DNA of 64,000 nucleotides from Eubacteriales bacterium (GTDB lineage Bacteria; Bacillota; Clostridia; Oscillospirales; CAG-272): NCBI GenBank assembly GCA_045629745.1, contig JAZQRU010000042.1, positions 100,039 to 164,038 of the forward strand, read 5' to 3'. Shown piece by piece: positions 1 to 8,400 of this stretch (position 1 is its first letter; each line of letters starts with the position of its first letter). The notes under the pieces were generated by a model. It saw only the letters and a program-made list of their open reading frames with translations, ran no database searches and was not told where the DNA came from. The position numbers and the translations under genes were made by a program.

Positions 1-120
1 GCAGGCTCGCTTCAATTATATGTTTTACGCTACATTGTAAATAAAATTTGACGTTATTCCTCAAAAAATCAAACTTAAATTTAACACGGGGCTGCACTTT
101 TGTCAAACAAAACAAAACAA

Positions 121-150
121 TTGACAAAGGCTTGCAAAAAATGATATAAT
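121..150 (+). promoter_or_regulatory. sigma-A-type promoter upstream of the first acyltransferase gene
   Basis: TTGACA at 121-126, 18-nt spacer, TGaTATAAT extended -10 (TATAAT 145-150). Lies ~45 nt upstream of the ATG at 196. Confidence 0.6.
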
Positions 151-195
151 AGTAAAAACGCGAAGACTCTTATATCAAAAACTTTAAGGTGCGGT

Positions 196-1404
196 ATGAA
201 CAAAAAGAAAAAGCCAAAGAAAATCGGAAAGCCGAATCCCCTGCTCTATAAGATAGTACACGCGGTGCTCAAGAAAAAATATACGAAGAAATACCACATA
301 AAATTTGACAAAGATATTGTCAGGAGCATTAAAGGACCGGCTATCGTGGTTGCCACGCACACCTCAGACGTCGACCATATTTTGTCCGCCTTAACGCTTT
401 ATCCCATTCGTCCGACTTACATAGTAAGCGAGCACTTTATGCACAATCCCTCGACGGCAAAGCTTTTGAAGCTTATGCACGTTATACCGAAGAAAATGTT
501 TACCCCAGATGCTTCCACAATAGTAAGAATTCTCCGCGCTAAAAACGAAAAGGCGGTTATATTTATTTTCCCAGAGGGCAGACTTTCCTGCTATGGCCAC
601 ACCTGTCCTATGACGGACGGCACAGCAGAGCTTATCAAAAAGCTCGGTGTAAATCTTTACGTCTGGCGTGCAGACGGAGCATATCTCACGTTCCCCAAGT
701 GGCGCGATAAGGGCGACGACAGAATAGGAGAGATAAATGCTTCGATAAAGCTGCTACTTTCCGCAGAGGATATTGCAGAAAAAGATGTTGCAGAAGTCAA
801 AAAAATCATGGAAGAGGCTATTTGCCATGACGACGAGCTGGCAATGCAGGGCGTTGAATTCAAGAGCCTTGATATAGCCCGCGGAGTTGACAAAATTCTC
901 TTTAAATGTCCTATTTGCCTAAAAGAAGGCACTATCACCGAAACTGACGGCCACATAAAATGCAAGTGCGGACTTGACGCAACTCTTGACTCAACGTACA
1001 GACTTCACGGAGTGCCCTTTGACAGAATAAACGAGTGGTTCGAGTGGCAGCAGAATTCAATAGACACGGAAAACGAAATCCTTTCTTCACGCGCAAGACT
1101 TGGGTGCTGCAAGGAAGACGGATTTATGGACTCCGAGGCGGGAGAGGGCGAAATTCATCTTGATAAAGACGTATTCCGACTCAAAGGCACGCTTCATGGT
1201 GAGCCGATAGAATTTGAAGTAAAATCCGACAAAATCGGTGCTTTCCCGATAACACCCGGCGACCATTTTGACATCTATCACGCAGGGCGCCTTATATACG
1301 TTTATCCCGAGCCTGACTTAAGAATGACTGTAAAATGGGTTTGCTTCCTTGATAAGCTAAACGCAGATAAGAAGGCTCTCGAAATACATAATTCAATCGT
1401 TTAA
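196..1404 (+). CDS. PlsC/LPLAT-family acyltransferase with C-terminal zinc-ribbon-containing extension
   Basis: 402-aa ORF with an AAGGTG RBS. Carries the H-x4-D acyltransferase motif (HTSDVDH) and an FPEGR block. The C-terminal ~200 aa carry CPIC...CKCG. Confidence 0.75.
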   Translation: MNKKKKPKKIGKPNPLLYKIVHAVLKKKYTKKYHIKFDKDIVRSIKGPAIVVATHTSDVDHILSALTLYPIRPTYIVSEHFMHNPSTAKLLKLMHVIPKKMFTPDASTIVRILRAKNEKAVIFIFPEGRLSCYGHTCPMTDGTAELIKKLGVNLYVWRADGAYLTFPKWRDKGDDRIGEINASIKLLLSAEDIAEKDVAEVKKIMEEAICHDDELAMQGVEFKSLDIARGVDKILFKCPICLKEGTITETDGHIKCKCGLDATLDSTYRLHGVPFDRINEWFEWQQNSIDTENEILSSRARLGCCKEDGFMDSEAGEGEIHLDKDVFRLKGTLHGEPIEFEVKSDKIGAFPITPGDHFDIYHAGRLIYVYPEPDLRMTVKWVCFLDKLNADKKALEIHNSIV

Positions 1405-1759
1405 AGAGGTGTTTATGTCAGGTGAGGATTTTTCATTAAAGCTTTGTGCCATTGGCGAAAAAACTGATGACAAAAGCTTTTATTACGACAACCTTTACGA
1501 GATTTCAAAGCGTCTTGCTATTTGTAAAAATCACGAAAAAATATGAAAGCGGACTTAAAATTCGCCGTCAAGGACCTTTTCTATGAAAACAAACGTCTTA
1601 AGGGGATTTTTTTGAAACTCTGCTTTAGTATCTCAGTGCTTTGCTGTGTTTTCTCAAAAACACTTTGCTTTTCGTATTCTATTCCGTTATTTGCTATCCG
1701 CTGAAATTTATATATGCTATAATTCAAAGGACGGTGTTGAGGATAATTTGTTCGTCTGC

Positions 1760-2176
1760 AAAAAAGAAGTGAGGCTTGACTGCATTAACACAATCAAGCC
1801 TCACTTCTGTTCGCTCTTATTATCTAGCATCCTTCTTAATCCTCGCTTTCGTATTATTTTGCCCTCTTCCGTAAGTTACTTGCGCTCACATATCAAACAC
1901 ACCGTCTTAAGGAGACGTTCCTTTATTTTCTACGCTTTTCTCTTTTGAGGGCGAGAAGAATTGACCTTTCCGAATGAAGCCTTCCGTTCTCAGTTTCACG
2001 TTTTTTCTCACGCGAGGTGCTGCGCGTGAACCTTTTTGTTTTTCTCCTGATTTTCACCTACCATCTATGTTATGCGTAAGACCGCCGTCTTTTTCCTTCT
2101 TTGAAAACCGAGGAGCGTTTGTTCTTCATTCCGAGGTCCCAGTTACTTTTTCATTGGACCGTACCTTCCTTTCTTC
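1760..2176 (-). ncRNA. candidate orphan non-coding transcript (unclassified; strand assignment tentative)
   Basis: Minus-strand promoter: TTGAAA (rc of 2207-2212), 18 nt, TGaTATACT (rc of 2183-2188). A 14-bp hairpin (1767-1780 / 1795-1808) is followed on the minus strand by a U6 run (1760-1765). No minus-strand ORF exceeds 19 aa. The transcript would be purine-rich. Confidence 0.35.
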
Positions 2177-2326
2177 ACCTATAGTATATCACAGAAAAGT
2201 GGGAGTTTTCAATTCGCAAATTAGCAAAACTTCACAATTATTTTTTGTTCAAAAGGTAGAAATTGTTGATTTTAACTATAAATCTATTTACAAAGTAGTT
2301 TTTTTCTGTTATAATAATATTTATTG

Positions 2327-2361
2327 GGCAATGCGATAGGCATTGCCTTTTTGTTTTTTTT
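2327..2361 (+). terminator. rho-independent terminator (plus strand)
   Basis: GGCAATGC-gatag-GCATTGCC hairpin followed by TTTTTgTTTTTTTT. Confidence 0.7.
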
Positions 2362-2458
2362 GGTTTAAAAATTCTTCCAAAAAATTCTATTCTAAAATAA
2401 CGCATTTTATTTTTAACGTTTTTAGGGCAAAACAGCCTCCGTTATTGAACAAAATCAC

Positions 2459-2488
2459 TTGACTTGTTACGGTAATTTATGGTATAAT
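2459..2488 (+). promoter_or_regulatory. sigma-A-type promoter for the second acyltransferase / symporter pair
   Basis: TTGACT 2459-2464, 18-nt spacer, TGgTATAAT (TATAAT 2483-2488). This makes the TTG start of the track ORF at 2459 an artefact. Confidence 0.6.
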
Positions 2489-2524
2489 AAGCCAAAGAGT
2501 TTTTCAAAGCTCGCCAGAGGTTTT

Positions 2525-3736
2525 ATGAAAGCTAAGAAAAAATGGATTAAATTTCGCCACAAGGCAGCGCTGAAAATATTAAAGCTCACGCTGGCACCCT
2601 ACACGCGAATTAAATACCGTATAAAAATTGATAAATTCAAGGACTCGGGCAAAAGACAATATCTCATTTTATTTAATCACCAGACGGCTTTCGATCAGTT
2701 TTTTGTTTCGATGGCATTTAAAAAGCCCGTTTACTACCTTGCATCTGAGGATTTATTTTCAAACGGAAAGCTATCCTCAATTATTAAATACCTCGCTGCA
2801 CCGATACCGATAAGAAAGCAGGCAACTGACGTCCACGCGGTTATCAACTGTATGAGAGTCGCGAAGGAGGGCGGTACGATAGCTATGGCGCCTGAGGGAA
2901 ACCGCACGTATTCGGGCGAAACGGGGTACATAAATCCTGCCGTTGCCCCTCTTGCAAAGAAGCTCGGACTTCCCGTTGCGTTTTTCAGAATTGAGGGCGG
3001 CTTCGGCGCGCATCCGAGGTGGGCAGACAAGGTAAGACGCGGAAAAATGCGCGGATACGTTTCCTCGCTTTTAGAGCCGGAGGAGCTTATAAAAATGACG
3101 AACGAGGAGCTTTACCGCCGTATTTGCAGAGAGCTTTACGTTAACGAAGCGAAGCTTGATTTGGAATTCAGGCATAAGGCGCTTTCGGAAAACGCAGAAA
3201 GAGCTATTTACGTTTGCAGAAGCTGCGGACTTTCAAGCTTTAAGACGGAAAAAGATATTATCGAGTGTAAAAAGTGCGGCGAGCGCGTAAGATATTTACC
3301 CTCAAAGAAGCTTAAAGGCGAAAGAAGCGACTTTCCTTTTGAGTTCTTACTCGACTGGTACAAATATCAAGAAAATTACGTAAATTCTCTTGACACAAAA
3401 GCCTTATGCAAGGAGCCGATTTATACTGACATTGCGCGTTTTTCCGAACTTATACCTCATAAAAAAAGAGTGCTTTTGAAAGACGGCGTAAAGTTAAGGC
3501 TCTACGGCGACAGAATAACGCTCGACGAGGGCGAAGAGAGCGGGCTTACATTCCTTTTCGACGAGCTTTCGGGAGCAACCGTGCTCGGCAAAAACAAGCT
3601 CAACGTATACATACAAAACAAAACTTATCAATTCAAAGGAGATAAAAGCTTTTGCGCTCTGAAATACGTTAATTTATTTTACAGACACAAAAACGTTATC
3701 AAAGGTGACGAAAATGGGAAATTTTTGGGACTTTAA
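2525..3736 (+). CDS. PlsC/LPLAT-family acyltransferase, paralogue of 196-1404, with zinc-ribbon tail
   Basis: ATG at 2525 preceded by an AGAGG RBS, in frame with track ORF 2459-3736. Carries an H-x4-D motif (NHQTAFDQ), an APEGNRT block, and C-terminal CRSCG...CKKCG. Confidence 0.75.
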   Translation: MKAKKKWIKFRHKAALKILKLTLAPYTRIKYRIKIDKFKDSGKRQYLILFNHQTAFDQFFVSMAFKKPVYYLASEDLFSNGKLSSIIKYLAAPIPIRKQATDVHAVINCMRVAKEGGTIAMAPEGNRTYSGETGYINPAVAPLAKKLGLPVAFFRIEGGFGAHPRWADKVRRGKMRGYVSSLLEPEELIKMTNEELYRRICRELYVNEAKLDLEFRHKALSENAERAIYVCRSCGLSSFKTEKDIIECKKCGERVRYLPSKKLKGERSDFPFEFLLDWYKYQENYVNSLDTKALCKEPIYTDIARFSELIPHKKRVLLKDGVKLRLYGDRITLDEGEESGLTFLFDELSGATVLGKNKLNVYIQNKTYQFKGDKSFCALKYVNLFYRHKNVIKGDENGKFLGL

Positions 3737-5126
3737 GGTATGGGGAGGCGTACTGATTTTCACGGTACTTCTCGGTAGCCTGCTCGTAGGAAATATGATT
3801 AAGAGAAGGGTTCCGTATATGAAGAACTCGCTAGTGCCGACCTCGGTTCTCGGCGGCTTGGTGCTGCTCGTGATTTCTTCCGTATACACCGCATTCACGG
3901 GAACTCCGATATTTGATACGGAGTTTTTCGGCGGAAACGGAATGGCGCTGCTCGAGATAATTACGTATCACACCTTGGCGCTTGGATTTATTGCCTCGTC
4001 GTTCAAAACCACCGGCAAGAAGCTCAACAAAAGCAGAGGCTCAGAAATATTAAACACGGGTGTTACAACCGTTGCTACTTATCTTTTACAAGGCTTTTTC
4101 GGTCTTTTGATAACCATCCTTGCAGCACTTGTAGTTACGGATTTCTTCCCCGCAGCGGGAACGCTTCTCCCTTTTGGCTACGGTCAGGGTACAGGACAGG
4201 CGCTGAACTACGGAAACATATACGAAGAAAACTTCGGATTTGAAGGCGGAAAGAGCTTCGGACTTACCGTTGCGGCGCTCGGCTTCTTAAGCGCGAGTAT
4301 CGGCGGCGTTTTCCATCTCAATCTTATGAAGCACACGGGAAAGCTCGTTATTGCCGAAAAAGAGGAAAAGCTCAATAATGAAGAAATAGAAACAGACGGT
4401 GAAATTCCGATGCAAGAGAGCGTTGACAAGATAACCGTTCAGTTTGCGCTTATCGGTGTGGCTTATCTTTTCACGTTTCTCATTATGTTCCTTGTCGGTA
4501 AGATTATCACAAACGACAACATCAGGTCAATAATATACGGTTTCAACTTCATTATCGGCGTTCTTGTGGCTACCTTAATGAAGCTTGTTCTGAATTTTCT
4601 TTACAAAAAACGAATTATCACAAGAAAATATACTAACAACTTTCTGCTCACGCGAGTCAGCAACTTTTTCTTCGATATAATGGTCGTTGCGGGAATTGCC
4701 GCGATAAGACTCGATATACTTGAAAAGTATTGGGGAATAATCATTATACTCGGCGTTGTCGGTCTCGTTATCACTTACGTTTACAACAGATTCGTGGCGA
4801 AAAAGCTCTTCCCCGATTACTATGAGGAGCAGTTCCTTATGATGTACGGTATGCTTACGGGCACGGCAAGCACGGGAACGATACTTCTTCGTGAAATCGA
4901 CAGCGAATTTAAAACACCTGCGGCGGAGAATATGGTTTATCAGAACTTTCCTGCTATAGTTTTCGGCTTCCCGATGATGTTTCTTGCAACCTTTTCACCG
5001 AAGGAGCCCGTTATTTGTATGATTATATTCGCCGTGCTTTTCGCAGTAATGAACGTAATTCTTTTCAGAAATGCGATTTTCCGAAAACGGAAGAAAAAAT
5101 CACGAGAAGAAGCAAAAACAGAATAG
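3714..5126 (+). CDS. sodium/glutamate symporter (GltS/ESS family)-like membrane transporter
   Basis: Polytopic membrane ORF. The blocks GYGQGTGQA...FGLTVAALGFLSASIGG and MLTGTASTGT resemble the two re-entrant-loop regions of E. coli GltS. ATG 3714 has an AAGGTGA RBS. The ORF overlaps the end of the upstream gene. Confidence 0.55.
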   Translation: MGNFWDFKVWGGVLIFTVLLGSLLVGNMIKRRVPYMKNSLVPTSVLGGLVLLVISSVYTAFTGTPIFDTEFFGGNGMALLEIITYHTLALGFIASSFKTTGKKLNKSRGSEILNTGVTTVATYLLQGFFGLLITILAALVVTDFFPAAGTLLPFGYGQGTGQALNYGNIYEENFGFEGGKSFGLTVAALGFLSASIGGVFHLNLMKHTGKLVIAEKEEKLNNEEIETDGEIPMQESVDKITVQFALIGVAYLFTFLIMFLVGKIITNDNIRSIIYGFNFIIGVLVATLMKLVLNFLYKKRIITRKYTNNFLLTRVSNFFFDIMVVAGIAAIRLDILEKYWGIIIILGVVGLVITYVYNRFVAKKLFPDYYEEQFLMMYGMLTGTASTGTILLREIDSEFKTPAAENMVYQNFPAIVFGFPMMFLATFSPKEPVICMIIFAVLFAVMNVILFRNAIFRKRKKKSREEAKTE

Positions 5127-5134
5127 TCGGCAAG

Positions 5135-5166
5135 GCAAGCAGAGCAGCAAGCTCTGCTTGCTTTTT
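5135..5166 (+). terminator. rho-independent terminator after the symporter gene
   Basis: GCAAGCAGAGC-agcaa-GCTCTGCTTGC hairpin followed by TTTTT. Confidence 0.75.
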
Positions 5167-5407
5167 GCTTCAAACATAAACTTTAGTTGACAAAAAATAA
5201 CTCGTTTTGCATCACGGGATATATATTTAGTTTTTTGACTGCTTTTTAACGGTTGCATTTTTTGAAAAATTTAGTGCGGGGGCGTGTCACATTTTGACGA
5301 GTCGGCTCACTCTTTTCTCGAGCTTTAGCGTTTTCAAAGAACATTCCCCATCTGAACATTTGTGCATATTGTCTATCTTTTTCTCATTATATTTTACGCG
5401 CAAAATG

Positions 5408-5436
5408 TTGCTTTTTAAAAGCAAGTGTGTTATAAT
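5408..5436 (+). promoter_or_regulatory. sigma-A-type promoter for the giant lipoprotein gene
   Basis: TTGCTT 5408-5413, 17-nt spacer, TGtTATAAT (TATAAT 5431-5436). An AAGGAG RBS precedes the ATG at 5484. Confidence 0.55.
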
Positions 5437-5483
5437 ATCTATAATTCTAAATATAAAAGCTATTATTCTTAAGGAGAAAAAAC

Positions 5484-8400
5484 ATGAAAACAATGAAAAA
5501 GCTTTGCCTTTGCATTCTTGCTCTCTTGCTTGTTTCCATAACGGTATTCGGTTTTACCGCCTGTGGAAATGAGGAAGCGGAAGAATGCGTACACGAATGG
5601 GGCGAATGGGAAACCGTTACCGAGCCCACTTGTGTTACGGCAGGAAAAGAAAAGAGAGTATGTGCGTTAGACACCGAGGGCGCTCACCCCGAAGAACGCG
5701 AAATCCCGATGCTTGGGCATACTTTCACAACTTACGTCAGCAATAACGACGCAACCTGTACTGCCGACGGAACTAAGTCCTCGGCTTGCGACGTATGCGG
5801 CGAAGTCCAAAAATCTAGTGACTTCGGCTCTATGCTCGCTCACACGTTTGATAAGAAGGTTGCAACCGAGGCTTATTTGAACACGCCCGCCGATTGCGAC
5901 GATAAGGCTACATATTTCTATTCTTGCGAGTGCGGAGAAAAAGGAACTAAGGTATTTGAAGACGGAGATTATCTCCACACTTATGCCGAAGCTTTTTCCT
6001 ATGACGAAAATAAACACTGGCACGCTTGCGTATGCACCGATGCTTCGTGCATCTGCGACAAGCGCACAGGCGAAGCAGAGCACGTATGGGACGATGGCAA
6101 GGTAGCGGCCCAGCCTACCTGCGACACCGAGGGCAACTTCGTTTACACCTGTGCTTGTGGCGCTACGAAAAGCGAGCTTATTCCCTTTAAGCATACGCTT
6201 GCCCGCACTGCAAAGAAAAATGCTACGTGCGAGGCAGACGGTAATATCGAATACTGGCACTGCTCGGACTGCGGCAGATACTTCACCGATGCAGAGGCTA
6301 AGACCGAAATTATCGCGGATGCTATCATAATAAACAAACTCAGTCACGATTTTGCAGGCGGCAATTGGATTTGCACAGAAACCGCGCACTACAAGAAGTG
6401 TGCCGACTGTAATACAACCGACGAAGAGAATGCAAAGGCCCACGATTTCACGCCTATGTCAACGTCACATCAGCATTGGCAGGGATGCGAGTGCGGTTAT
6501 AAGAAAGACGTTCAAGACCATAGCCTAACCTTAAGAATGAATAGTGAAAAACACTGGTTTGAGTGCCTCTGCGGATTCAAGAGTGCAGAACAGGACCACG
6601 AGGAAGCAAGAGATGCAATTCCCAGCTCCTCGAAGGATAACACTTGTTTTGAAGACGGCTATGAAATCCACAAGTGCGCAACCTGTAATCTTGATTTCAC
6701 GAAGATTATTCCTGCGGCTCACTCCGCCCTCAACCACTTTGGCTCGAGCGATGCGACCTGTACCGAAGAGGGCGGCATCGAATACTGGCAGTGCGAGCTT
6801 TGCGATAAGTATTATAAGGATAACGCGGCTACACAGGAAATTCAGCTCAAGGATATTTCCACCGCGCCTCTCGGACACGATTTTGAAAACGGAATACTCA
6901 AGCGCGACGGTGAATACCATTATACCGTTTGTTCAAGAAACGAATGCGGCGTGGTTGATACCGAAAGCAGAGAAGCTCACACCTACGAGTCCGGCTTCAA
7001 TGCAACTCACCACTACGATGCTTGCAGCATTTGCGGATACAAGATAAATGAATCCGAACACGTTTGGGCAAGCTCCACTGTAGAAAGAGAGCCTACCTGT
7101 ACCGTTGAAGGTATCAGAAAGTACACCTGTGAATGCGGAGCTACTAAGGAAGAGGCTATTCCGATTAGACACGAGCTTATTTACGTGGATGCTAAGGCTT
7201 CCACCTGTACCGCAACCGGTAACATAGGCTATTGGTACTGTGCGAAGTGCGAAAAGAACTTCAGCGATTCCTCTGCTCAGAATGAACTGAGTGCAAGTGA
7301 TATAATTACCGATAAGACTCCTCACAACTTTGAAGAGGGCGTTTGGACCTACGATAACGCTAAGCACGCAAAGATTTGTAAGGATTGCGATGCAACGAGC
7401 GAATACAAAAACCACAACTATAATATAAACGGCAAAGATTCTGAAAAGCACTGGAACGAGTGCGAATGCGGATGCAGAATTAACGTTTCCGCCCACGGCC
7501 TCGTTGCAGAGTACATTGATGAAAATACACACTCCATCAGCTGTGTATGCGGATACGGAGTTTCCTCCGCCGAGCACGTTCTTAACGCAGTATACGTAAA
7601 TGATTTTGAGCACAAGCACGCGTGTGTGTGCGGTTATGAAACCGACGTTATGCCGGGCGCGCTCACCGCAGAAGACTATGACGAAAACAGACACGTCTTT
7701 GCTTGCGGCTGCGGTTACTACACCGTAACGGAAAATCACGAGTTATACACCGTTGAGATTGGCATAAGCCACCACCGCCATATCTGCGAATGCGGTTATA
7801 TCTCCGAAATCATTATCGGTGCGGTAACGTACACCCACGACAGCAACGGTCACTTCGGTGAATGCGACTGCGGTTACGACACCGTAGCCGAGAGTCACAA
7901 TTTGACAGTTGGATACACCGACGATACTCAGCACTGGCACGAATGCGAGTGCGGATACGTGACTGAGATAATAAACACCTCCGTAACGATAAAGTACGTT
8001 GACGGACAGTCCTCACTCTACGCGGCGAGCAATACTCTTGGCGGACACTATGCAGAATGCGATTGCGGTTACAGGTCCGAGCTTGATAGCCACACTCTCG
8101 TTGCCGCATACGACGGTGAAAAGCATTACGAAGCTTGCGGCTGCGGCTATATAACGAATGAAGTTAACCATAGCTTCAAGCCCGTTTACGTTTCCGACAG
8201 CGAGCATAAGCACGAGTGCGAGTGCGGCTACGTTTCAGAGACGATTGACGGCGGACTTGGATACAGTCACGACACCATTCAACACTGGGTAGCTTGCGGA
8301 TGTGGCTACACCTTAGAAGCTGAAGACCACACCGTAGAAAGCGGATACAATGAAACCAAGCACTACGAGGGATGCGCTTGCGGTTACATAGAAACCGAGA

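Noticed and set aside
1760-2176. The idea that the purine-rich orphan transcript is a CsrB-like GGA sponge, or a known RNA (RNase P, tmRNA, SRP, 6S).
   Set aside because: I counted 11 GGA triplets in ~400 nt, about what the purine-rich composition predicts by chance, and they are not displayed in regular hairpin loops. None of the universally conserved blocks of RNase P (GAGGAAAGUCC), tmRNA or SRP RNA are present.
1646-2339. Track ORFs 1646-1948 (100 aa) and 1974-2339 (121 aa) on the plus strand.
   Set aside because: There is no RBS. The translations are S/F/L/R-rich low-complexity strings that merely reflect the pyrimidine-rich strand. The region is better explained as non-coding (see the finding on the gene-free island).
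2459-2524. N-terminal extension of the second acyltransferase (TTG at 2459), and likewise 53170-53262 for yceD.
   Set aside because: In both cases the putative start codon lies inside a near-consensus -35/-10 promoter. A downstream in-frame start with a proper RBS exists in each case (ATG 2525; GTG 53263).
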